Under the pieces are notes generated by a model. The model was not told where the DNA came from. It was given only the letters and a program-made list of their open reading frames with translations, and did not search any database. DNA of 64,000 nucleotides from contig CAVWIP010000010.1 of NCBI GenBank assembly GCA_963755125.1, positions 160,001-224,000 on the forward strand, read 5' to 3'. Of the stretch, positions 25,590 through 34,875 are shown piece after piece. Each line of letters begins with the position of its first letter. The stretch's first letter is position 1. The translations under genes and the position numbers were made by a program. Origin of the DNA: an uncultured delta proteobacterium (lineage in GTDB: Bacteria > Myxococcota_A > Polyangia > Fen-1088).

Positions 25590-26870
25590 TCAGAAGCCCA
25601 AGTACGGGCCTGGACCCGCCGGCGTCGCCTGCTCTGCCAAGGCGACGAAAACCCGCCGGCCGTAAAAGAAGGGCAGCCCCCAGTCGAAACTGCCGCCGCC
25701 TGGACCGCCCAGATTGCCGTAGGCTGCATAAGTCGGGTTCTGCGTTATCAGATCGTCCGCGTTGGCGATGCTGAACTTCACACTCGTGCCCGTGCTGCCC
25801 GTGCTGCCCGTGCTGCCCAGCACGGCCGTGTAATTCTGCGTGGTCGACGGACAGTAGAAGGATGTCATGTCAGGGCAAACGCTTATCCCGAGCGAACTCG
25901 CGTCCGCAAAGAAGATGCCGTCCGAGCCGGTATCGGCGAAGCTACTGCTGGTGGGCACGTTCTGGAAAACGGTCGCAAAATTGCCCGCGCTGTCGAGGGG
26001 CAGGACCGTCGAACCGGAGAAGGCATTGTTGGCGCGCGTGCCGATGCCGAACACCACGGCGCCGCTCAGCGTCGCGGCCCCCGCGGCCGGAACCTCCGGC
26101 AGCTCGATGACGATGCCGTTGTTGTCGCCCGCCAGGCTGGCGACCGGATTGGGTAGTTGCTGGGCCAGCGACATGCCGACGTCTTGGCAGCCCGCTGACG
26201 GGCAGGTGTAGTAAAATGCAGGGCTGGCTGGAGCGTCGCTCACGCAACTCTCACCGCAGTCTTGCAGGAAAGGCCCGATGCCGAGAATGCCGTTGGCGGC
26301 CAAGGTGGCCAGGGTGTCGTTGGCCGGCAAGCCGCTGCCGCTGCAACTGGAGGGCACCGAGGCGGTCGCATCAATGACCTGGATCTCGATGTTGGCGGCG
26401 GTCTCCCCCGCCATGGTCACGTCAGCTAATTTCAACGGCCCGTAGGTGTAGTTGGTGAGAAAAAGGGTGCACTCCGAAAGAGGTATGCCGTTGCTGGTCG
26501 CGTCCGCCAGCGACACGGTCAGCGCCGACGACAGGATACGCAAACCCACTGAGCCCGTGTCGACCAGCAGGCCATCGATGGTCTGGCAGTCGCTGGTTCC
26601 CGGCGCGCACACGGTCACCGAGGCGAACGCACCGTTGACGTACAACGAACTGGGGTTGGTCGCTTGGTAAGCCGGGCCGGCGTTGACCACGATGGGCAAG
26701 ACATTCACGCCGGAGCTGGCGATGCTGGGCTCTGTCCCCGGCGAACTGCCCAGGCCGGGTGGAAGAAGTCGGCCGTCGTCTGGCCAGGGAGGAGTCGAGT
26801 CGTTCTCAGAGCAGGCGAGCCCCACCAGCGACGCGAGGAAAAGGACAAGAGCGGACGCGCGCACCGGCAT
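25590..26870 (-). CDS. DUF3443-family lipoprotein with pepsin-like aspartic protease motifs
   Basis: Lipobox LVGLAC. SVTVCAPGTSDCQTIDGLLVDTGSVGLRI, ANGILGIG, FADTGS and FDWGLPFFYGRRVFVA. Confidence 0.8.
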   Translation of the reverse strand: MPVRASALVLFLASLVGLACSENDSTPPWPDDGRLLPPGLGSSPGTEPSIASSGVNVLPIVVNAGPAYQATNPSSLYVNGAFASVTVCAPGTSDCQTIDGLLVDTGSVGLRILSSALTVSLADATSNGIPLSECTLFLTNYTYGPLKLADVTMAGETAANIEIQVIDATASVPSSCSGSGLPANDTLATLAANGILGIGPFLQDCGESCVSDAPASPAFYYTCPSAGCQDVGMSLAQQLPNPVASLAGDNNGIVIELPEVPAAGAATLSGAVVFGIGTRANNAFSGSTVLPLDSAGNFATVFQNVPTSSSFADTGSDGIFFADASSLGISVCPDMTSFYCPSTTQNYTAVLGSTGSTGSTGTSVKFSIANADDLITQNPTYAAYGNLGGPGGGSFDWGLPFFYGRRVFVALAEQATPAGPGPYLGF

Positions 26871-26877
26871 AGTTGCG

Positions 26878-27348
26878 CTACTGGATCTCGGCCGGATCCA
26901 CGCCCACAGGGATCTGTTGAGGAAGATAGGCCCGCGCGTGGAAGCTGCGCATGTGCCCGGTCAGACGGATGACCAGATCAGGTTCGTCGATCAGCAAGGG
27001 CTGGCGGCGCGCGCGGCGTAGGAGCAAAGCCTGCTGATAGCGAGTGAAGGAAGAACCCAGCAACCGCCTCATGTCGGGCAGGCCGGGGCCATGCCAGGCC
27101 ACACCGAATACCACGCCCGACGGCGACGCATACTCGCGCACAGTGCCGCCCGCGGGCGTCGTCACCTCGTGCAAAAGGTACGCGCGGCGCGCAGCAACTC
27201 TGAGGCTGGCCCCCAGCTGCGCGCGGTCAGCCTCGACAGACGACTCGTCCCCGCCCAGCGACGCAGTGGCGCCCGCGGGGAGGGCCAGCCACACCGCGAA
27301 AAACAACACGCTTGCGGGCCCACAGCGAAAGCCAGCAGCTCGTCTCAT
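26878..27348 (-). CDS. DUF2844-family secreted protein
   Basis: Signal peptide, ASLGG, TVREYASPSGVVFGVAWHGP..PDMRRLLG and GHMRSFHARAYLP. Usual partner of DUF3443. Confidence 0.8.
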   Translation of the reverse strand: MRRAAGFRCGPASVLFFAVWLALPAGATASLGGDESSVEADRAQLGASLRVAARRAYLLHEVTTPAGGTVREYASPSGVVFGVAWHGPGLPDMRRLLGSSFTRYQQALLLRRARRQPLLIDEPDLVIRLTGHMRSFHARAYLPQQIPVGVDPAEIQ

Positions 27349-27396
27349 CCTGTAAGCTTAGCAGGACGCAAGGGAAATGGCGTATCCTGTCCCGCC

Positions 27397-28938
27397 ATGG
27401 CGGGCCAAGGCCCCGAGACTTCTCGATTGAAGCTTGCTGCACGGAATGCCTGCGCTGCGCTTCCATTCGCAGCCGCCGTTGCCCTGGTCGGAATTTTCAC
27501 GAATTTTCACACCCCACTGAACGATTTCTGGGGCAATCACTACCTCTCGCAGCGACTCGATTCCCGTGACCTGGGGACGTTTTACGACGGTTTCTATCCC
27601 GTCGGCTACACGGTGCTCCTGCGCGTGCTGGCTCGCCTCGGATATCCACCCTTGTCGGCCCTGGGCATCAATGTAGTCCTCACCTGGCTCCTGGCCTTTT
27701 CCCTGCTCGGCGTCTTGCGGCTCCGCGGCCTGGGAATCTTGCCGTCCCTCATTGGCACCAGTCTGGTCTTCCTCTTTCCCCAGGTCTTTGAGTATCTCTA
27801 CACGCCAGGAGCTGATTCTGGCGCAATGGTGTTTTTCACAGTAGGCAGCTTCGCTCTGTTGGCGGCACTGCTCGCTCCCACACCACGGGCCTGGTGGTAT
27901 GCGCTCGCGGGTGCGCTCCTGGGACTGGCATCGCTGTGGCGGTACCATGCTGTCCTGGCAAGTGTGTTGCTCCTGGCCGCGGCATCACTGGCCTACCGCA
28001 AACGCATCGCTGGCGTCATGCTCGCGCTGGCGTCGTGCGCACTCGTCTACACCTGCCAGGTGGCTGTGAATCTCCTGTCGGGGCATTCACCGTTCCAGAC
28101 CTATCAGGCCTTCAATCTCTACCAGCACATGCACCCCATCAGTTGGTACCGCACGGCGGAGATCCCTTCACTGGGCACACCGCTGTCGATCGTTTTGTCC
28201 AATCCGTCGGCCTTCCTGTCTTCGTCTCTCGCCAGTTTTGTCACGCTCTTCCCGACCCTGTCCGCGCCGCTCATCTTCTGCTTCTTCCCCAAAAGCAACC
28301 CGCTGAGGCGACCGGCCGCGCTCTGGCTCTGCTTCTGCATTGTGTATAGCATTGCCATGGCCACGGCCGATAGCGGCAGGGCGGTGCTCCTCGCTCTGCC
28401 AGTGTCCCTCTCCTTCCTGGTGGTGTCAGGCCGCGCGCTGTGGGTCGACCGACTCCGTACTATCGCGACTCCCGCAGCGTGGCCACAACCTGCCGCCTAC
28501 GTCGTGCTGGCGCTCCTCCTCGGCGCCGGCGCAACCAACGACATCGCCACCGTGGTTTCGTGGCGCACAGCCTCGGAAAACTACCGCTCTCTCGAACAGG
28601 CGCTGCTTCGCGAGGGAATCACCGACGGCCAGCAGGTCTATTCGACCGACCTCTACCTCTACTTTCACGATATCCCGCCGTTTCGCCCATCCTACAGCGG
28701 AGGATGGCTTGACCTGCCCTTCTACCATTCGCACGACCAGACCCATCGGATCTCCCTCGCATCGGAGACTGCGTTCGTGCAGGACTGCAGGCTTCGCGGC
28801 ATCAGGATCGTACACCTCACCCCCCGCAGCAAGCGGGCCGCACCGTTCCTCTACCGGATCTACACTGCCGCCCGCGCCGCGGAAGGCCTGCGATTCGTCG
28901 CGCAGGTCGGAAGATCTCGCCTGTTTCGTCTTGAATAG
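27397..28938 (+). CDS. Polytopic membrane protein, possible GT-C (PMT/ArnT-like) glycosyltransferase
   Basis: About 10 TM helices, N-terminal ND..YP.GY loop, 'LAGALLGLASLWRY' motif and a soluble C-terminal domain. Confidence 0.5.
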   Translation: MAGQGPETSRLKLAARNACAALPFAAAVALVGIFTNFHTPLNDFWGNHYLSQRLDSRDLGTFYDGFYPVGYTVLLRVLARLGYPPLSALGINVVLTWLLAFSLLGVLRLRGLGILPSLIGTSLVFLFPQVFEYLYTPGADSGAMVFFTVGSFALLAALLAPTPRAWWYALAGALLGLASLWRYHAVLASVLLLAAASLAYRKRIAGVMLALASCALVYTCQVAVNLLSGHSPFQTYQAFNLYQHMHPISWYRTAEIPSLGTPLSIVLSNPSAFLSSSLASFVTLFPTLSAPLIFCFFPKSNPLRRPAALWLCFCIVYSIAMATADSGRAVLLALPVSLSFLVVSGRALWVDRLRTIATPAAWPQPAAYVVLALLLGAGATNDIATVVSWRTASENYRSLEQALLREGITDGQQVYSTDLYLYFHDIPPFRPSYSGGWLDLPFYHSHDQTHRISLASETAFVQDCRLRGIRIVHLTPRSKRAAPFLYRIYTAARAAEGLRFVAQVGRSRLFRLE

Positions 28939-29077
28939 GCTCCGGGACAGCCATGGTTTCTCCGCGACAACCTCCGCTGATTGATGCACTATTGTCGATT
29001 GACAGCCTTCGCTTAGCGCGCCGGGCTGAGCAGGCCCGCTTCTGTCTCGCCATCCAGTCCTCTAGGAATCACGAATC

Positions 29078-31033
29078 ATGAAGCACCCCCTGCTTACTTG
29101 CGTGCCCTGGTTGGTTTCCCTGGCCATTGCGCCTTGGGCGCAGGCCGCGACCTACTACTTCGGTCCCGCGGGCAGCAGCAACGCCGCCTGCACGCAACCC
29201 GCGCCCTGCCAACTCAACTACAACATGAGCGGCAAGTCGTTCCAGCCAGGAGACACCATCTATCTCCTCGGCGGAACCTACTCGGGGCAGTACATCCGTA
29301 ATGGAGCGAGCGGCACGTCCGGTGCCTACATTACCTTCAAGGCCGTTGATGGTCAGCTACCCATCCTGGATGGGGGAAACGCAGTGGGCTGTGGCGTCGA
29401 ACCGAACGCAACCGTGCAATACGTGCGCTTCGATGGCATCGCCTCGCGCAACTGGCAGTCAAGCGGCTTTTCCAATGGCTGGAACAATCCTTCCAGTCAC
29501 ATCGAGTTCGTCAACGGCATTGCCGACGGCAACGGCGTCAATGGCATTGCGTTCTACAAGGCCACAGGAGTGATCATTCGACAAAATCTGGTTGCTCACA
29601 ACGGCAACTTGCTGCCGTCGTGGTCGAGTGGGGTGAATCTCTACACAGCGGGCGGGACATACCAGGACAATATTGTCCAGTCCAATGTCTCGTTCGAGAA
29701 TATCGACATTTCGTCTCACCACTCGGACGGGAGCGGTTTCATTCTCGATCAGGGGAGCACCGGGGCCCTGTTCCAGAACAACATCGGTTTCAGAAACGGC
29801 GGCTCCTGCATCCGGCTCACCAACAGTAGCGGTTCGCATGTCGTCAACAATACCTGTTACCATGATGGACTTGAGCCCACTGATGCCCAGGGCGCGCCAA
29901 CCAATCCAGGCGAGATCTACTACTCGGATGCCACATCAGAAAGCGGCACAGTATTCCAGAACAACCTGGCCGCAGCTAGCGGCTACAACGGCACACAAAA
30001 CGCCTTCGCGGGCGCGGGGCTTCCTGCGGGAACGACGAACTACGCTGTCAACGCTAATGGCGCCACGCCTTTTTTCACCGATCCGGCCGGCACAAACCCC
30101 GACTTTCACTTGACGGCCTCGGCAACGGGCAGCATCGTGGACAAGGGCACGGCCTCGGGCGCGCCCACGACTGACATCGGATTCGATCCGAAGTGCATTG
30201 TAAAGGGCAGCCCGGGGGGCGCCAGTTGGTGGACATACACAATCAACTATACGTATGTCGCCAGCATTGGTGGGGTGGCGGCGTGCTTCAATCCCGCCAC
30301 TCGTTCGGCTACGCCTGACATTGGCGCCTATGAATACAACGGGACGGTCAGCACGGGTGGGACGACCGGTACGGGCGGAACAACGGGCGCTGGTGGGACG
30401 ACCAGCGGAAGCGCGGCGAGTGGCGGCGCGACCAGCACCGGGGCCAGTACCCCCACGGGCGGGACGACGGGGACAGGCGGAAGCGCGGCAAGTGGCGGCG
30501 CGACCAGCACCGGGGCCAGTACCCTTGCGGGTGGCGCCACGGGGACGGGCGCAATGACGAGCACCGGTGGCACCAGGGCCGCGGGTGGCACGACCGGCGC
30601 GGGCGGTACCGCGATCCTCTCCACAGGTGGGGGCGCCGGTGCAGGCGGGAGCAAGACCACGGGCGGCACTACCGGCGCAGTCGGCTCCGGCGGTGTGGTC
30701 GCCACGAGCAGTGGCAGTGCCAGCAGTGCGGGCGGCACCCAGACGACTGGGGGCGTCGCGAGCAGCGGAGGCATTGGCACCAGCGGCGGTGCCACGGCGG
30801 CCACGGGTGGACTGACTACCGCCGGGAGCAGAACGACGACGGGTGGCACCAGTTCGGGCGGTTCGATTGGTACTGGCGGAAGCGCGGGAACGAGCGGAGG
30901 TGAAGCTGCGGGCGCGGCTGCGGGCTGTAGCTGCGCTGTCGCGGGCGAGCCCTCGCGGCCGGCGGCGCTTGGCAGCTTCGGGATCTTTGGGCTCATCATG
31001 TTCCGAATGTGGCGCCGCCGTCGGGCGCGCTAG
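29078..31033 (+). CDS. Right-handed parallel beta-helix (pectate-lyase-like) surface protein with Gly/Thr linker and MYXO-CTERM
   Basis: Signal peptide, QPGDTIYLLGGTY, Asn-rich beta-helix repeats (DGSGFILD, NNTCYHDG) and PDIGAYEY. C-terminal AGCSCAVAG + TM + RRRR. Confidence 0.8.
   Translation: MKHPLLTCVPWLVSLAIAPWAQAATYYFGPAGSSNAACTQPAPCQLNYNMSGKSFQPGDTIYLLGGTYSGQYIRNGASGTSGAYITFKAVDGQLPILDGGNAVGCGVEPNATVQYVRFDGIASRNWQSSGFSNGWNNPSSHIEFVNGIADGNGVNGIAFYKATGVIIRQNLVAHNGNLLPSWSSGVNLYTAGGTYQDNIVQSNVSFENIDISSHHSDGSGFILDQGSTGALFQNNIGFRNGGSCIRLTNSSGSHVVNNTCYHDGLEPTDAQGAPTNPGEIYYSDATSESGTVFQNNLAAASGYNGTQNAFAGAGLPAGTTNYAVNANGATPFFTDPAGTNPDFHLTASATGSIVDKGTASGAPTTDIGFDPKCIVKGSPGGASWWTYTINYTYVASIGGVAACFNPATRSATPDIGAYEYNGTVSTGGTTGTGGTTGAGGTTSGSAASGGATSTGASTPTGGTTGTGGSAASGGATSTGASTLAGGATGTGAMTSTGGTRAAGGTTGAGGTAILSTGGGAGAGGSKTTGGTTGAVGSGGVVATSSGSASSAGGTQTTGGVASSGGIGTSGGATAATGGLTTAGSRTTTGGTSSGGSIGTGGSAGTSGGEAAGAAAGCSCAVAGEPSRPAALGSFGIFGLIMFRMWRRRRAR
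30406..30525 (+). repeat. Internal direct repeat (72-bp period) encoding GSAASGGATSTGAST
   Basis: cggaagcgcggc(g/a)agtggcggcgcgaccagcaccggggccagtaccc at about 30406 and 30478. Confidence 0.8.
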
Positions 31034-31282
31034 CGTGCGGTTGCGATTCGGAGGGCGTTGCGCCGGCTGGTCCGCCGTAGGTTTCTGACGGCGTCCTGGA
31101 CTCTATTAGGCCGCCGCCGCATTGCGCTGTGTCTTGGTCGCTTGGTTCTCGCGGACGCGAAAGCCTTTCATGTGTCGGCCAGCCCACAAAATGAGCCCGA
31201 AATGAACGCCCCTGCTACTGGAAGGGTCAGGCGGCGCGAGGACGCAGGCTGAAGTCCCGGCTTGGATCTGAGAGGAGTCACC

Positions 31283-32809
31283 ATGGAACGACACTTCAAA
31301 TCTCAGCGGCACTGCGGTTGGTTGAGGAACGGCCTGGACCTGCGCGCGCTCGGTTCGGTTCTGCTGATTGCTCTTCTGGCTGGCTGTTCTTCCACGAGTT
31401 CGCCGGACGCATCAGCAGGCGGCCGGGGTGGTGCAAGCAGCAGCACGATTGCAGGCGGCGGACAGACGATAGCCGGCGGTGCCACGAGCGCCACAGGTGG
31501 TTCGAGCGTTGGAACGACCGCCAGCAGTGGCGGAATCACGAGCGCCGGGGGCGTAACTGGCGGCACGACCAGCAGCAGCGGTAGCATGGCCAGCAGCGGC
31601 GGCACAACGACCAGCAGCAGCGGCGGCACGACCAGCAGGGGAGGCATCACGGCCGGCGGCACGACCAGCGGGGCCGGCACGCCGACCAGCGGCAGCCTCA
31701 CAGCCGGCGGCACGACCGCCCGTGGTGGGACTGCCAGCACGGGTGGCGCGTCCAGCACCGGAGGAACCGCCAGCACGGGCCGACCCGACGCTGGCGCGGA
31801 CGCGGCACAGGACGTCGCCACGCCCGATGTGGGCGCTGGTGGGGCCGGGGGAGTTGGAGGAACGGGCGGAAATGGGGGCAGCGTGGCCGGTGGTGGCAGC
31901 GACCCATCGGACTTCCACTGCATGAACTGGGCCGACAACCGGGACAACTTCAACACCGGACACCTCCTGCTCTCTGGCATGACCTCGGACACGGACACCT
32001 ACGCTGGCGTCACCACCACGGCCAACATCGTCCTGACCGCCTTCACCGATCTCTTGCAGGCCAATTCCTACCGCATGCCTATCAACGAGCCGACCGTTCT
32101 CGACTCTTGGTGGAATTCATACAAGGCCGCCATCGACGTCGGAATCGCCAAGGGAATGAAGGTGATCATCGGCTACTGGGCGTCAAACAAGACCATTGGC
32201 ACACCGGCCGACATCCCCACGTGGTACAGCATGTGGCAAGTCGTGATTGATGCCTACGTGAGCAATCCGCTGGTGTATTACGACATCCATAACGAGCCAC
32301 ACGGCTATACGCCGCAGCAGTGGACCGCTACGGCCCTTGCCTGGATCGCGCACTTCCCCAACGTGCCTAGCAAACAGATCATTGTGGCTGGCAGCGGATG
32401 GGACGACAACGTGGCGAATGTGGCCGCTTCCTTCCCTGGCCTGATGATGGAGGTGCATGATTACGCGGACAACGGCCCGACGACCCAGGCAGGGTGGAAT
32501 TCCGACCTGCTGGGGCGCCTTGGCAACGCTGTCAGCCGCACCATTGTCGGCGAGTGGGCGGGCAACGTGATCGAGGACTTCACCACCGGGATCGATGGCG
32601 ACGCAAACAAGTCCTTTATCGTTGGTATGGCCGACACGATCTACAACAACAAGATGGGAAGCTGCTGGTGGGCAGGTGCGTTTGCCCCCAGCGGAGGCAC
32701 CTCGGGCACGACCTTCCTCGTTCAGAAGGGGACCGGAGCCACTATGACCTACACCATCCAGGGTGCAGCCTCCCTCGCCTACGTTCAGCACTCGTGGGGC
32801 CTCAACTGA
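31283..32809 (+). CDS. Glycoside hydrolase family 5-like lipoprotein with Gly/Ser/Thr-rich stalk
   Basis: Lipobox LLAGC, NWADNRDNF, RMPINEPT, acid/base HNEP, HDY and nucleophile IVGEW. ATG after AGGAG. Confidence 0.78.
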   Translation: MERHFKSQRHCGWLRNGLDLRALGSVLLIALLAGCSSTSSPDASAGGRGGASSSTIAGGGQTIAGGATSATGGSSVGTTASSGGITSAGGVTGGTTSSSGSMASSGGTTTSSSGGTTSRGGITAGGTTSGAGTPTSGSLTAGGTTARGGTASTGGASSTGGTASTGRPDAGADAAQDVATPDVGAGGAGGVGGTGGNGGSVAGGGSDPSDFHCMNWADNRDNFNTGHLLLSGMTSDTDTYAGVTTTANIVLTAFTDLLQANSYRMPINEPTVLDSWWNSYKAAIDVGIAKGMKVIIGYWASNKTIGTPADIPTWYSMWQVVIDAYVSNPLVYYDIHNEPHGYTPQQWTATALAWIAHFPNVPSKQIIVAGSGWDDNVANVAASFPGLMMEVHDYADNGPTTQAGWNSDLLGRLGNAVSRTIVGEWAGNVIEDFTTGIDGDANKSFIVGMADTIYNNKMGSCWWAGAFAPSGGTSGTTFLVQKGTGATMTYTIQGAASLAYVQHSWGLN

Positions 32810-32913
32810 GCTGACGCCTGGTACCAGCCATTTCCCGGACCTGTGCGCTTGATCACAGCCGCTGTGAAAAAGCCATCCCGTCTTCCTAATCAGTCGTACA
32901 ATGTCCCTGAGCC

Positions 32914-33702
32914 ATGAAGGAACGCGAGGTCCGGCAGCGCATCGAGAGCTTCCTCAAGCGGACGGCACGCGAGCTGGTTGTGCCGGCATCGGTAGGTCTG
33001 GGCCTGGCGCTCAGCGGGTGCGACCATACTGGACTCAAGGTCGCCCGGGACGCGGCGGCAGATACGGCCCGGTCGGCCTCGCCCGACACCATCCTGGCCG
33101 ACGCGACGCTTGCGAAGGACAGCGTCGCCAACAATCCGGACCTGGCCAATCAGCCGGACTTGCGCCTGCCGGACGCCAGCATGCCTGCTCCTGATGCGCG
33201 CCAAGCGGACCTGCCTGCCCAGATCGTTCCGTACGGGGTATTCATACCGCCGGATGCGACTGTGCCCGACACGCGCGCCGATGCGGGTCGGCCAGACGCG
33301 GGCACGGATGTGGAGGCGGGTACCGCGGACGCACGCGACGATGTTCGCACCCCGGACGCGCGGCCCGACACGCGCCAGGCCGATCTGCCTACCATCGCGC
33401 CGCCCTACATGGTCGCGCCCTTGCCAGATGCTGCGCAGGACATGCCGACGGTCATGCCCCCGTACATGTCCCCGCCGCCCTACATGGCGGCGCCCTTCGA
33501 CCCGCCTCAGCTTCCCCCTGACTCGCCGCCCGCTCCCTCACCGCCTCCTGCCCCGCCGCCACCAACACCGGCGTACCTGGGGACTTCCTTCGGCCCAACT
33601 CCCCCGCCACCGCCTCCGCCTTCTCCGCCCGCCCTCCCCACCGTGACGCCGCCAGCGACGGTGTTGCCCACGCCGGTGCCTCCAGCCAAGGCACCGGAGT
33701 AA
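32914..33702 (+). CDS. Putative radical-SAM substrate lipoprotein 2 (PDA-repeat and Pro-rich, repeated Tyr motifs)
   Basis: MKEREVRQRIESFLKRTARELVVPASVGLGLALSGC, homologous to the precursor 1 leader. Motifs VPYGV, PPYMVAP, PPYMSP, PPYMAAP and PAYLG. Directly upstream of radical SAM copy 2. Confidence 0.75.
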   Translation: MKEREVRQRIESFLKRTARELVVPASVGLGLALSGCDHTGLKVARDAAADTARSASPDTILADATLAKDSVANNPDLANQPDLRLPDASMPAPDARQADLPAQIVPYGVFIPPDATVPDTRADAGRPDAGTDVEAGTADARDDVRTPDARPDTRQADLPTIAPPYMVAPLPDAAQDMPTVMPPYMSPPPYMAAPFDPPQLPPDSPPAPSPPPAPPPPTPAYLGTSFGPTPPPPPPPSPPALPTVTPPATVLPTPVPPAKAPE

Positions 33703-33741
33703 GGCGCGAGCCCTGGCAGCGGAACGAAACTGGAGCCATCG

Positions 33742-34875
33742 GTGCTGGAAGTATTGAAGCGGGCCGGGATGGTCCCGCGCGCCTGCGCGTGGGAGCTGAC
33801 CCTGGGGTGCAATCTGCGCTGCCGACACTGCGGCTCGGCGGCAGGTCCTCGGCGCGCCGACGAGCTGACCCTGGAAGAATGCCTGCGCGTGGCCGACGAG
33901 CTGGGCGCCCTGGGATGCCAGCGCGCGACCCTGACCGGGGGTGAACCCACGCTTTACCCGGACTGGGACGTGGTGGGCAAGCGGCTGGCCCAGCACATCC
34001 CCGAGGTCAGCCTGATCTCCAACGGCTGGGTGTGGACCGCCCGCCATGCCCAGCAGGCCAAAGCGGCTGGCTTGCGCGGCGTCGCCTTCAGCCTGGACGG
34101 GCTGGAGAAGGAACACGACTGCTTCCGCGCCGAGGGATCGTTCCGGCGCGTGGTCGATGCCGTGGGGCACACCTTGGCCGCGGGCCTGCCCGTCGGCATC
34201 AACACCACGATTCACCGTCTCAACAGCCGCCAGCTTCCCCAGTTGCGCCAGTTTCTCATCGACCTCGGCGTGCGCCACTGGCAATTGCAGTTCGCCATCG
34301 CCACCGGGACCATGGCCGAAAATCGCGACCTGGTCGCGCCACCCGAGGAGCGGCTATGGCTGATCCCGCAGATCGCAGAGCTGTGCCGGGCCCGCGACAG
34401 CCGCATCGCGATCTACGCCAGCGACCACGTGGGCTACTTCGGCATGCCTGAACGCGACCTGCGCACCGGCGACACTTCAATGCCATTCTGGCTGGGTTGC
34501 CGCGCCGGCTGCCACGTGCTTGGCATCGAGAGCAATGGCAACGTGAAGGGCTGCCTGTCGCTGCCCTCGCAGGTCCAGGGCGAAAGCCGCTTTGTCGAGG
34601 GCAACCTGCGCCAGTCCAGCCTGCGCGACATCTGGAACCGCAAAGGAGGTTTCGCCTACAACCGCGAGTTCCGGGTTGAGCAACTGGGCGGGTTCTGCGC
34701 CGTGTGCCGCTTTCGCGACATCTGCCGGGGCGGCTGCACCTGGACCATGTACGCCGAATCACCGACCCTGGCCACGGGTAATCCCCACTGCTTCTACCAC
34801 CAGGCGGTCAAGCACGGCCGCCATGATCTGCTGGACGAGGAGCCCACCGCCGAGGAAAAAGCCTACTTCGGCTAG
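33742..34875 (+). CDS. Radical SAM/SPASM enzyme, PlpX (splicease)-like, copy 2
   Basis: AWELTLGCNLRCRHCGS, GGEP, WQLQ, WLGCRAG..LGIESNGNVKGCLSLP and FCAVCRFRDICRGGC..NPHCFY. Colinear paralogue of 16109-17275. Confidence 0.88.
   Translation: MLEVLKRAGMVPRACAWELTLGCNLRCRHCGSAAGPRRADELTLEECLRVADELGALGCQRATLTGGEPTLYPDWDVVGKRLAQHIPEVSLISNGWVWTARHAQQAKAAGLRGVAFSLDGLEKEHDCFRAEGSFRRVVDAVGHTLAAGLPVGINTTIHRLNSRQLPQLRQFLIDLGVRHWQLQFAIATGTMAENRDLVAPPEERLWLIPQIAELCRARDSRIAIYASDHVGYFGMPERDLRTGDTSMPFWLGCRAGCHVLGIESNGNVKGCLSLPSQVQGESRFVEGNLRQSSLRDIWNRKGGFAYNREFRVEQLGGFCAVCRFRDICRGGCTWTMYAESPTLATGNPHCFYHQAVKHGRHDLLDEEPTAEEKAYFG

Noticed and set aside
25786..25818. 9-bp tandem repeat (GTGCTGCCC)n in the DUF3443 gene
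   Set aside because: An in-frame Gly-Ser-Thr loop expansion with no sign of a regulatory role.
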